From an uncultured bacterium (GTDB lineage: Bacteria > Abyssobacteria > SURF-5): DNA of 64,000 bases. The first letter of the stretch is position 1; every line of letters starts with the position of its first letter. The stretch lies in contig CAYVQZ010000011.1 of NCBI GenBank assembly GCA_964453435.1, forward strand, positions 9,235 through 73,234. Direction: 5' to 3'. Below are positions 1 to 8,907 of this stretch, piece after piece. The position numbers and the translations under genes are program-made. The notes beneath the pieces are model-generated. The model ran no database searches. It was not told the DNA's origin and saw nothing but the letters and a program-made list of their open reading frames with translations.

Positions 1-1166
1 GCGTCCGTCGGGTCGAACAATGAGTTGACGGCGCAGTTGAGTTTCGGCTCGACCAGTTCGCCTCTGCGGATTCCGGCGAAATCGCCGTCCAGGTCGGCCA
101 GCGATTCGTACCCGACGTTCATGACCCATGCCTGGTCGATGTCGGGATCAAATTCGGCGGCCGTGTAATGCGGCGGTTCGTTCATGGCGAGGTGTACGCT
201 GAACAGGGACCAGTCCTTGTGTCTGCAGTCCGTTACGTTATCAATGAAGAGCTTATCTTTTATCTCGCCATCGAGAAACTTGAGGAACGTCTGCTCGAGG
301 TCCACGTTGCTCGCGACAAGATTTCGCGCCTCAATCTCTGAACCATCCAACAATTTTATCCCGACCGCGCGGCCGTTTTTTGTGAGAATTTTCTCGACGG
401 GAGCCGCGGGATGCACGATGCCGCCGTTGGCAAGGAGCGTCCACCAGAGCGCGTGCGCGAGTTTGTGCGAGCCGCCGACGCAGCACTGCCAGTTGTCGAT
501 TTTGCCCGCGAGCAGCGGAAACGATATTGCCAGTCCGCGCACGTCATTGCTGTAGGCGCACACCGACGCATGAAACGCCAGCATGGTCTTGATTTTCTCG
601 TTTTCGAAATGCTGGTTCAAAAAGTCGTTGATGCTCAGGCTGCGCAGGCGCGCTCGCAGGAACTCGGAGCGGTCTTCCACGCCCCATATCGTCAACGCGT
701 TTGTGATCTCGTTCAATTCAATCGGCGGCGCAAACATGAGGGTTCCGACAAGCAGGTCGAGGAAACCCTTTACCTCCTCGTACAGACGCATCCACGTGTC
801 GGCGTCTTTTTGCGAGAAGCGCGCCATCGACTCGTATGTCTTGTTCATGTCTGTGTGGATTGTGAGGGCTGTGCCATCCTTGAAGACACTTCCCATCTGC
901 ACGGGCGGATGCGCGTACCGCAGCCCGTGCTCGAAGAGGTTCAGGTCTTCATACACGGGTGAAACGCCGACGAGCGTGTGATAGTTTGAATGCACGTTAT
1001 GGAGGAAGCCGGGGCGGGTGAGCTCCTCGGTGCAGAGGCCGCCGCCCTCTTCGTGGCGTTTCTCGAATATTCCGACACTCCAGCCGCACTTCGCCAGATA
1101 ACACCCAAGCGCCATGCCGTTGTGGCCCGCTCCGATAATGACGGCATCGAACGTTGCGTCAGCCAT
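1..1166 (-). CDS. FAD/NAD(P)-dependent oxidoreductase, phytoene-desaturase (CrtI)-like; C-terminus lies beyond window start
   Basis: Manual reverse-strand translation from the ATG at 1164-1166 gives MADATFDAVIIGAGHNGMALGCYLAKCGWSVGIFEKRHEEGGGLCTEEL..., a GxGxxG Rossmann dinucleotide-binding N-terminus typical of the CrtI/amine-oxidase family. The frame stays open to position 1. The + strand ORFs at 184-981 are its shadows. Confidence 0.6.
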   Translation of the reverse strand, partial: MADATFDAVIIGAGHNGMALGCYLAKCGWSVGIFEKRHEEGGGLCTEELTRPGFLHNVHSNYHTLVGVSPVYEDLNLFEHGLRYAHPPVQMGSVFKDGTALTIHTDMNKTYESMARFSQKDADTWMRLYEEVKGFLDLLVGTLMFAPPIELNEITNALTIWGVEDRSEFLRARLRSLSINDFLNQHFENEKIKTMLAFHASVCAYSNDVRGLAISFPLLAGKIDNWQCCVGGSHKLAHALWWTLLANGGIVHPAAPVEKILTKNGRAVGIKLLDGSEIEARNLVASNVDLEQTFLKFLDGEIKDKLFIDNVTDCRHKDWSLFSVHLAMNEPPHYTAAEFDPDIDQAWVMNVGYESLADLDGDFAGIRRGELVEPKLNCAVNSLFDPTD

Positions 1167-1262
1167 GAACCAAATCCTCCGTATTCAAAGCGCCTGTTGC
1201 GCCTGCGTGTGACGAGCGCCGGCCGGACTCTCGATCAGAGGGCCGGCGTCATGCATGGCGAT

Positions 1263-2006
1263 TCATTTTCCCAGCGCCACGCTCTCCATGCAATCGTAAT
1301 GCTCTTTCATCGATCTTCTGGCGGCCGGGGGGTCGTGAGATTCGACCGCCTTCAGTATCTTTCCGTGGCCATCGGAGAGGTCCTTATAGAAGGCTTTTCT
1401 CTCGTTTTCTTCCATATTTTCGAACGCCGCCACGGCCCTGCGGGATTGAGAGACGAGGGCGATGAGCATGCTGTATATCTGCGAGAGGACGGGATTCTGC
1501 GCGGCGGCCACGAGCGCTCTGTGAAACGAGATATGAATTGCGGCCGCATTTTGGATGTCCTCCGATTCCTTCAACTTTTGGGTCAACTTCCGTATATGTG
1601 CGGGCTCCGCGCGTTCGGCGGCCAGAGCCGCGGCCTCGATGCCGACGATCCTCGCCGATTCGAGCGCCTGCTCGAGGGATATGCCGCCTGCCGTAAGCGA
1701 GAGGCCGGGATACCGGTTCTCTTCTGGCGGACACACGGTTGTGCCACTGATTTTCCGGCGGATGATGCCGAGTGTCTCTAAAGACTTCAATGCCTCCCGC
1801 ACCGAGCTGCGCCCTACTTTGAGCGACTCGCAAAGCTCCCTTTCAGGGGGGAGCCTGTCCCCCGCTCGCAGTTTTCCGGTCACGATCATGGAAAGGATTT
1901 GGTCAATGATCTCACCCGGGATAGTTGTTTTTTCAATCGGCCGGAAGTTCACCGCATTGTTCTCGCCGTCCGTTTTTCTCGTCGGCCGTGCTTTTCTTGC
2001 TGTCAT
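1263..2006 (-). CDS. GntR family transcriptional regulator (FadR-like, C-terminal FCD ligand-binding domain)
   Basis: 247 aa. The N-terminal winged helix-turn-helix (IPGEIIDQILSMIVTGKLRAGDRLPPERELCESLKVGRSSVREALKSLETLGII) is the canonical GntR signature. An all-alpha C-terminal FCD-like domain follows. Confidence 0.8.
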   Translation of the reverse strand: MTARKARPTRKTDGENNAVNFRPIEKTTIPGEIIDQILSMIVTGKLRAGDRLPPERELCESLKVGRSSVREALKSLETLGIIRRKISGTTVCPPEENRYPGLSLTAGGISLEQALESARIVGIEAAALAAERAEPAHIRKLTQKLKESEDIQNAAAIHISFHRALVAAAQNPVLSQIYSMLIALVSQSRRAVAAFENMEENERKAFYKDLSDGHGKILKAVESHDPPAARRSMKEHYDCMESVALGK

Positions 2007-2084
2007 TTTTCCGTAAGCTGTCTGACCGGCTTTCTATTTTGTGATGATGTTTTCTTCGTGCGCCGATTTTATCAGGTCATCAGA

Positions 2085-2095
2085 TGGTCTGACCA
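2085..2095. promoter_or_regulatory. Putative GntR/FadR-type operator: perfect palindrome TGGTCTGACCA, with a second half-site GTCTGACC at ~2021-2028
   Basis: Seen directly in the sequence, 15-90 bp upstream of the GntR regulator start. It resembles the FadR-subfamily operator core TGGTCNGACCA. Confidence 0.35.
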
Positions 2096-2370
2096 AAATA
2101 TCCTATAGGCAACAGCCGGTCCTTGTCAAGATTTTTTCGAGTGATTTTTTTCGAGTGGTGTCGCCGCCGATGATAAAGAAAAGGACGCGGCCGTTGTCGG
2201 CAAGAGGCATCTACTGTCGATGACCAGGTTTGCTTACAGCGGAAGTGGAGAGGATCGAAATATCAGAAAGGGGGAAAAACCGACAACATGAATTATCATG
2301 CGCTCCCGCTCGACCCGAGTCTGCTCCGACAGGAGGTGAATGAAAAGCGACAGGATATTGGAACACTCGT

Positions 2371-5148
2371 TCAAAAGGTGTTCGTTGAGCCCTTGAACTC
2401 AATTCCCCGCGAAGGTCGCAGGCCGTCATCCCAGCCGCTGACGTTTTCCCTCAGCATGCCGAGCATGTCGAGGGTGTGCGGATCGTTTGGAATGACCCTG
2501 AGGATGGTGTTGCATGCGAGGAGCGCCCGGCGCATGTCGTTTTTGGCATGTGCGCGAGCGGCCTCGGCCAGATGAATCTCTCTGAACCGGTCTTCAAGTG
2601 ATTTGCGCAAGAGGAACGCTTCGAGATTTCCCGAGTCGGCCTTTTGGGCGAGACGTGTTTGATTAATTGCCTCTTCCAAAATGCCCTTGTTCCGCCAATA
2701 GTGAGCCGAAATCAAATGGTCCGAGGCGGTCATGAATCGCCGATATTTGCGTGCGTTCCGGATGGCCTCTTCTTCCGTGTCGCCGAAATGATACACGTAA
2801 GGCTCATTCATGCGGCTCTCGAAGATGAATTCGCCGAGGCCGGCGCCGTCATTGCGGAAGTATTCGATGTAGGGGTGGTTATCCGTGTTGATTGGAACAT
2901 CACGGAACAATGAAGCGGGCGCACTTTCGTTCATGAGGTGACATGCGAGAAGGTTATACGGATTGCCCAGGCCCACTCCTGCGAGCGCCTTTTGGACTTT
3001 CGGTTCGGACATTCGCTCTTCGAGATGTTTGAAGTCGATTGTAATGGGTTTTTCGGAGCCGATCAGCAGAAAATAGCCGCGGTCGCTGGTGAACCAAACC
3101 GAGAAATACGGAAACGAATGCCTGAACGTGTTGAAGAGCAACAGGTCCTCCTTGTATGAGAGCAGATGGTAGGGCACCCAAAGCGCCATGACTCCGCCGG
3201 GCCTCAATCTGTCGCTGCACATGTCGTAAAATTCCTTCGTATACAACGACACGTTTCCCGCAAACTTGGGAGATGTCGCGTCAACAGTGATTACATCAAA
3301 ATCCCTGTCGGTTCGAAGGAGATAGTTGCGCCCGTCTTCTATAATGAGGCTAAATCTCGGATCATTGAGGACATCGTGGTTTACGCTTCGGAGCAGGGGA
3401 GCGGCTTTTGGAACCTCGACGCACAGTTCGACGCAGGTTATGCTGTCGACATCGTACAAGCTGACGTTATATGAAGTTCCACCGGCGCCGAAACCGACGA
3501 TGCAGACATCCTTCGGTTCGCGGTGCAGCAACATGGGATAGTGCGCCAGCGCCCGCTGAATCTCTGGGCCCCGCATATTCATTATATTGCCCGAGCAGGC
3601 GACGGGATAGCCATCGATGCTGATTTCGCGAATTCCCGTGGACTTGTTGTCGAACACTTTAACGGTTGCCCCGATTCCTTCTTTGTAATAGACGACCTTG
3701 CCGATGTCTTCGAGGGGGCTGGTGAACTGGATGCCGGAGAGTCTGAAGACAGCTATGCCGAAGAACAACACCGCCGGCGCTGTCCCCACAAATATAAGAG
3801 CTTTTCTTCTTCCGTGTATATGGGGATGCATGAAATATGCTGTCGCTCCGACCACGACGTTTATGCACCCCAGAAGCAGGATGCTTTTCCCTATTCCCAG
3901 CAGGGGAATCAACACGAAGCCGGACGCGAACGAGCCGAGGATGCATCCGATCGTGTTTACGGAGTAAATCGTGCCGACGCTCTTTCCGATCCGCTGCAGG
4001 CTTTGCGCGCATATCCTCACGACAACGGGAAAAGTCGCTCCCATAAGAAACGCGGGAATCAGCATGGTCAAAGACGCCTTGACGAATTTGTTGGCGCTGG
4101 GAAGCCAGCTGATCACTCCGAACGACGGAAACAGCCGTTCGAGGCTATAGAAGAACTTTCCGAAAATGGGCAGGGAAAGGATCGCCGTGACACCTATCAA
4201 AACCTCGAGCGCGCAAAACAGCGAAAGCGCATCTTTGTTTCGGTCCGATATCTTGCCGAACACCAGGCTGCCGAGGCCGATACCCAGCAAAAACGTTGTC
4301 AACATTGTCGTGAACGCGTAAATGCTTATGTTCATGTGAAACAGGAGCGCGCGCATCCACAAAACCTCGTATGCGAGTGAACAGAAGCCGGAAATTCCAA
4401 ACAGCAGCATGACCATCATGACAATGCGCCGGGGATATTCCGCGCGGCTCTCACTCGGAGCGGCCGAAATCGAATCGGTTGCGGTCGCCTTCATGGGCAG
4501 CGTTCGCATTGCGGAGATGAGATACGTGAGGATGCCGACGGCAAGGTTTGCAATCACCGCAATATGGATGGTGCGAAGCACACCGAAGCGGCCGATGAGG
4601 AAAAAGCCCGCCGCCGCGCAGCCGGCGACCGCCCCCAAGGTGTTTATCGCATACAGGCTTCCGGTGCTCCAACTTATATCCTTCAGGCGGCTCGTCACGA
4701 ACTTGCTCAGCACGGGCAATGTCGCTCCCATCAAGGTTGTGGGCAGGAGCAACACGGCCACCGCCAGGACGAATCGTGACAGCGAAAGCATGTAAAACGA
4801 CGGGTTCTCTCCGCGAAACAGGAAAGCGTACAAAACGTCGAACCGGTTGAGCACGAAAGGCAATGCGAGCGCGTAAACGCCAATGCCTAATTCCAGAATA
4901 GCGTAAATTTTCAGGGGGTTCCGGCTCCGGTCAACGATGCGGCCGAACAGGTAGCTCCCGAACGCAAGCCCGCCCATAAAGGTGGTCAGCACGGCGCTCG
5001 TGGCAAAAACCGACGCCCCGAATATGAGGGTCAGCAGCCGAATCCACGTGACCTCGTAAAGGAGGCCACACATGCCGGACACGAAAAAGCATACCCACAA
5101 AAAAGCAATTACGAATTTTTGATATCTTGCTTCCGAATTTCCAACCAC
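2371..5148 (-). CDS. Fused MFS-like polytopic membrane domain / spermidine synthase-like (polyamine aminopropyltransferase family) protein with C-terminal TPR-like region
   Basis: 925 aa. About 450 aa of hydrophobic helices come first. A spermidine-synthase-like domain follows (GFGAGGTSYNV...CVELCVEV...DPRFSLIIEDGRNYL...DFDVITVDATSP...YTKEFY...LRPGGV). The C-terminus is helical repeats. Confidence 0.7.
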   Translation of the reverse strand: MVGNSEARYQKFVIAFLWVCFFVSGMCGLLYEVTWIRLLTLIFGASVFATSAVLTTFMGGLAFGSYLFGRIVDRSRNPLKIYAILELGIGVYALALPFVLNRFDVLYAFLFRGENPSFYMLSLSRFVLAVAVLLLPTTLMGATLPVLSKFVTSRLKDISWSTGSLYAINTLGAVAGCAAAGFFLIGRFGVLRTIHIAVIANLAVGILTYLISAMRTLPMKATATDSISAAPSESRAEYPRRIVMMVMLLFGISGFCSLAYEVLWMRALLFHMNISIYAFTTMLTTFLLGIGLGSLVFGKISDRNKDALSLFCALEVLIGVTAILSLPIFGKFFYSLERLFPSFGVISWLPSANKFVKASLTMLIPAFLMGATFPVVVRICAQSLQRIGKSVGTIYSVNTIGCILGSFASGFVLIPLLGIGKSILLLGCINVVVGATAYFMHPHIHGRRKALIFVGTAPAVLFFGIAVFRLSGIQFTSPLEDIGKVVYYKEGIGATVKVFDNKSTGIREISIDGYPVACSGNIMNMRGPEIQRALAHYPMLLHREPKDVCIVGFGAGGTSYNVSLYDVDSITCVELCVEVPKAAPLLRSVNHDVLNDPRFSLIIEDGRNYLLRTDRDFDVITVDATSPKFAGNVSLYTKEFYDMCSDRLRPGGVMALWVPYHLLSYKEDLLLFNTFRHSFPYFSVWFTSDRGYFLLIGSEKPITIDFKHLEERMSEPKVQKALAGVGLGNPYNLLACHLMNESAPASLFRDVPINTDNHPYIEYFRNDGAGLGEFIFESRMNEPYVYHFGDTEEEAIRNARKYRRFMTASDHLISAHYWRNKGILEEAINQTRLAQKADSGNLEAFLLRKSLEDRFREIHLAEAARAHAKNDMRRALLACNTILRVIPNDPHTLDMLGMLRENVSGWDDGLRPSRGIEFKGSTNTF

Positions 5149-5555
5149 TGTCTATAGCGCCTCTCTCGCATAACGAAAAAGCCAAATCCGGCGAACACTT
5201 TCAATTATTGGCGACGCTTACTCGCCCACCTGATACGCGCAATCTCTTTGCCAAAGCGACAGCCATTCCCATTACAGACATAAGCTGTTTATTTGAAAAG
5301 GCTTAGCAAATGCCTGCGCCGCGCGTCGAAAACGAGGTGTTGTAATATAACATTACGCTGAGAGGGTTCAGTGTCTCTTTTATAGTATTCTGTAATAGCA
5401 TCTTCCAAACAATAAGCCATAACAGTAATATAATGATACATTATTGCGGTTTTTGCCGTGCCAAAAAAAGCGCTTAAGGACATTCACAGTGGCTGTTACC
5501 ATAAATCCTTTCAAATGGCTTCAATCGCTCATCATTCGGGGAAGTTTGCGCTCTT

Positions 5556-5906
5556 ATCTGGCCCCACGATTTCCCGGCGGCCATTCAACCAACCCGCCAG
5601 CTCCGGGAGACCCGTGGGCAGAAAACCCGCTTCGCCAATCGTGAGACGGGCTGAGGAATCCGTCCCGCGATTGCCCGGCGAAGGGGACTGTGAGACTGTC
5701 CGATAATTCGATGTCCTGCGCTTCGGGGACAGTCCCTATTCTATCCCGCGAATGCGCTGGACTTCGCTCCGCTCAACGAAGGACGGGGGGATTCCGTAAA
5801 TAGTGACAGTCCCCTGCGCTCTGTTTTCGCGGACTTTCATAATTCTCGGACAGATTTCACTGTCCCCGAGGCAAACAAATTGCGTCATGAATCGTGGGAC
5901 ACACTC
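5556..5906. repeat. MITE-like mosaic intergenic repeat, copy A (long form)
   Basis: Shares both termini and internal modules with copy C at 33375-33728: GATTGCCCGGCGAAGGGGNCTGTGAGNCTGTCCGATAATTC ... GGGACAGTCCC ... CCCGAGGCAAACAANTTGCGTCATNAATCGTGGGACACACTC. It contains the palindrome GGGACAGTCCC and lies in the divergent region between the MFS/spermidine-synthase gene and gap. Confidence 0.6.
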
Positions 5907-6096
5907 TGAGAGCCCCCTTTTTTGCCGGGTATGGTATGTCTCTTCGCCGGGATTAGGAGAGGGATTGCATGAACAAGAAGGGACGAATTGGTCATTTTCA
6001 CAGGTAATGGAACAGGTGACGAATTCGATGGCGAGCCGTGAGGAAAGGGGTGGGAGCGTAGCCGTTCATAAGGCGCTCGAATGACAAATATTCTGA

Positions 6097-6125
6097 TTGA
6101 CTTATTCGGAGGCATATGACATAAT
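6097..6125 (+). promoter_or_regulatory. Sigma-70-like promoter upstream of gap-pgk (TTGACT - 17 nt - CATAAT)
   Basis: Hexamers read directly at 6097-6102 and 6120-6125. An RBS AAAGGGGG lies just before the gap ATG. Confidence 0.4.
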
Positions 6126-6184
6126 AACTGGAATTTATATGGATGGAGAACAAATCGACTGAAGAGAAAAGGGGGTAAATTCGA

Positions 6185-7183
6185 ATGGCCATAAAGATTG
6201 GAATCAATGGGTTCGGGCGCATAGGTCGCATGGTCTATCGGGCGGCTCTCGAGCATCCCGAAATCGAAGTGCTCGCCGTGAATGATATCACCGATGCTAT
6301 CACATTAGCGCATCTTCTAAAATATGATTCAACACATCGCAGGTTTCCCGGAACGGTGTCAGTGAAGGACGACACGCTGCTTGTGGGCGAGTCTCGAGTG
6401 AAAGTGCTGTCGGAGCGAAACCCCGGAAAGCTTCCGTGGAAAGAGCTTGGGGCGGAGATAGTGGTGGAATCCACCGGTATTTTCCGCAAACGCGACGATT
6501 GCATGAAACACATCGAGGCTGGAGCAAAAAAAGTGCTTCTGACGGTTCCTCCCAAAGGCGATGTTGATGCGATGATTGTTCTTGGCGCGAACGATGACGC
6601 TTTGAAATCCGACCACAAGGTGATTTCAAACGCTTCCTGCACGACCAACTGCCTTGCCCCCATGGCGAAGGTTCTCCATGAGGCTTTTACGATCGAGTCT
6701 GGGCTCATGACCACGGTGCACGCATACACCGCCGATCAGCGATTGGTGGACGCGCCTCACAGCGATTTGAGGCGTGCTCGGTCGGCGGCGGTTTCCATAG
6801 TGCCGACGACTACCGGCGCAGCGAAGGCGGTTGGGAAAGTGATTCCGGAGCTGAACGGAAAGCTGGACGGGATGGCGATGCGCGTGCCCGTTCAGGACGG
6901 CTCGGTTACGGATTTTGTGGCGACCACGAAGAAAGAGGTGTCGGTTGACGCAATCAATCGTGTCATGAGCAAGGCGGCCGAAACGACGCACAAGGGTATC
7001 ATCGAGTATTGCGAGGACCCGATCGTCTCTGTGGACATAATCGGCAATCCGCATTCCTCTATTTTTGATTCGCAGCTTACCATGACGATGGGACCCAATA
7101 TGTTCAAGGTTGTTTCATGGTATGATAATGAATGGGGTTATTCGAAGCGGTGCGTCGATTTGGTTATAAAGATGGCCGGTTGA
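6185..7183 (+). CDS. gap: Glyceraldehyde-3-phosphate dehydrogenase, type I
   Basis: 332 aa. N-terminal [12 protein letters not shown]-binding motif, catalytic [10 protein letters not shown], and C-terminal WYDNEWGYS motif. Confidence 0.95.
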   Translation: MAIKIGINGFGRIGRMVYRAALEHPEIEVLAVNDITDAITLAHLLKYDSTHRRFPGTVSVKDDTLLVGESRVKVLSERNPGKLPWKELGAEIVVESTGIFRKRDDCMKHIEAGAKKVLLTVPPKGDVDAMIVLGANDDALKSDHKVISNASCTTNCLAPMAKVLHEAFTIESGLMTTVHAYTADQRLVDAPHSDLRRARSAAVSIVPTTTGAAKAVGKVIPELNGKLDGMAMRVPVQDGSVTDFVATTKKEVSVDAINRVMSKAAETTHKGIIEYCEDPIVSVDIIGNPHSSIFDSQLTMTMGPNMFKVVSWYDNEWGYSKRCVDLVIKMAG

Positions 7184-7229
7184 ATCGAAGGGGAGCCGCG
7201 AACATCGCTCCAGCGGGGAGCCCGTTGAG

Positions 7230-8414
7230 ATGAACAAACTTTCGTTAAAAGACGTTCAGGTGAAGGGGAAGCGGGTTTTCGTCAGGGTCGATTTTAATGT
7301 GCCGCTCGAGAACGGAAAAGTAACGGATGACCTGCGAATAACCGAAACGCTGCCGACAATCAAATACGTGTTGGAGCACAGCGGAAAGGCGATTCTCGGC
7401 TCTCATCTGGGCCGCCCGAAAGGCAAAGTGGTCGAAGACCTGCGGATGGACGCCGTGGCCGAACGGTTGAGCGCACTGTTGGGTAAACCTGTCCGCAAGC
7501 TCGACGATTGTGTAGGAGATGAGGTTGAGCGAGCCGTTGCCGAAATGAAGGCGGGCGACGTCGTTCTCCTCGAGAATCTCAGGTTCCACAAGGGGGAAGA
7601 AGCCAATAACGAACAATTTGCAGAGGCGCTGGCCAGACTTGCCGACATCTATGTGAATGATGCGTTTGGCGCCGCTCACCGGGCACACGCTTCGACCGAG
7701 GGAATTACGCGATTCGTGGAACCGGCGGTGGCCGGCTTCCTGATGGCGAAGGAGATCGACTACTTCTCAAGGGTGTTGGAGAACCCTGAGCGGCCATTCA
7801 TTGCAATTCTCGGGGGCGCAAAGGTATCGGACAAGATAGGAGCGATAGAGAATCTGTTGGAAAGAGCCGACAAATTCCTGGTTGGCGGGGGGATGGCTTA
7901 CACGTTTCTCAAGGCGTTGGGACACGAGATAGGCAAATCGCTGTTTGAACATGATAAGACTGGCCTCGCCCGCGACACGATGAAAAAGGCAAAAGCGCTG
8001 AACCGGCCCTTTTTTCTTCCCGTCGACAATGTGATCGCCGACAACTTCAGCGAGGATGCGAATGTCAAGGTGACGGGTGGGGCCGACATTGACGAGGGTT
8101 GGATGGGACTGGACATTGGGCCGAAGACAATGGAACTGTTTCAGGAAGAGCTCGAAGGGGCGAAGACAGTTATATGGAACGGCCCACTCGGAGCGTTTGA
8201 GATGACGCCGTTCTCGAACGGGACGAAGGCCGTCGCTCGGTGCGTGGCCGAGTCGGACGCTGTTTCGGTTATCGGAGGGGGAGACACCGCCGCCGCCGTG
8301 ACTGAATTCGGTTTTTCTGATAAAATGTCTCATATATCAACCGGCGGCGGCGCATCGCTCGAAATGCTGGAAGGGAAGGAACTCCCGGGCGTCGCGGCGC
8401 TGACCGATCGATAG
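7230..8414 (+). CDS. pgk: Phosphoglycerate kinase
   Basis: 394 aa. RVDFNVP N-terminal motif. Sits immediately downstream of gap, the classical gap-pgk pair. Confidence 0.95.
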   Translation: MNKLSLKDVQVKGKRVFVRVDFNVPLENGKVTDDLRITETLPTIKYVLEHSGKAILGSHLGRPKGKVVEDLRMDAVAERLSALLGKPVRKLDDCVGDEVERAVAEMKAGDVVLLENLRFHKGEEANNEQFAEALARLADIYVNDAFGAAHRAHASTEGITRFVEPAVAGFLMAKEIDYFSRVLENPERPFIAILGGAKVSDKIGAIENLLERADKFLVGGGMAYTFLKALGHEIGKSLFEHDKTGLARDTMKKAKALNRPFFLPVDNVIADNFSEDANVKVTGGADIDEGWMGLDIGPKTMELFQEELEGAKTVIWNGPLGAFEMTPFSNGTKAVARCVAESDAVSVIGGGDTAAAVTEFGFSDKMSHISTGGGASLEMLEGKELPGVAALTDR

Positions 8415-8516
8415 CCACTGACGCAAAAGGTTCGGAACCATTCGCTAAGCTTGACGAAGACTCCGACGTCTGACTTGGGAATGGGGATCACAGCACCAAA
8501 GGAGGAAACGCCGGCA

Positions 8517-8786
8517 GTGAACATTACGAAAGAAGACAAAGAGAAGATTATACGCAAATATCAAACACACGAAGGCGACACGGGTTCACCCGAGGTTCAA
8601 ATCGCCCTTCTTACCGAACGAATCAACGGACTCACCACTCACTTCGAGGCCCACAAGAAAGACCATCATTCACGCCGTGGTCTCTTGAAGATGGTCGGGC
8701 GACGGCGCAGCCTCTTGAATTATTTGAGACGAAAAGACATCGAACGGTATCGAAAAGTTATAACCGACCTCGGTCTGCGCAAGTAG
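8517..8786 (+). CDS. rpsO: 30S ribosomal protein S15
   Basis: The 89-aa core [89 protein letters not shown] is S15-like. A likely GTG start at 8517 is preceded by AAGGAGG. The ORF track extends it to 8451, which is probably too long. Confidence 0.9.
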   Translation: MNITKEDKEKIIRKYQTHEGDTGSPEVQIALLTERINGLTTHFEAHKKDHHSRRGLLKMVGRRRSLLNYLRRKDIERYRKVITDLGLRK

Positions 8787-8907
8787 GATGCCGCTTCGCG
8801 CCATGCTGACGCCCGCCGCTGCAAGAAGTCCGCTCAGAGGGGAAAACCATGTTCCCGGGCGATAGATAATACATGTATGCGAAAACAACGAATGGAGAAA
8901 TCGGGTA

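Noticed and set aside
184-981. Several plus-strand ORFs at the window start (123, 183 and 132 aa)
   Set aside because: They are shadows of the minus-strand CrtI-like oxidoreductase, whose Rossmann N-terminus is clear.
8787-8907. Possible pnp leader hairpin (GGGGAAAACCATGTTCCC) as an autoregulatory RNase III site
   Set aside because: The stem is short and imperfect. This cannot be supported without folding or comparative data.
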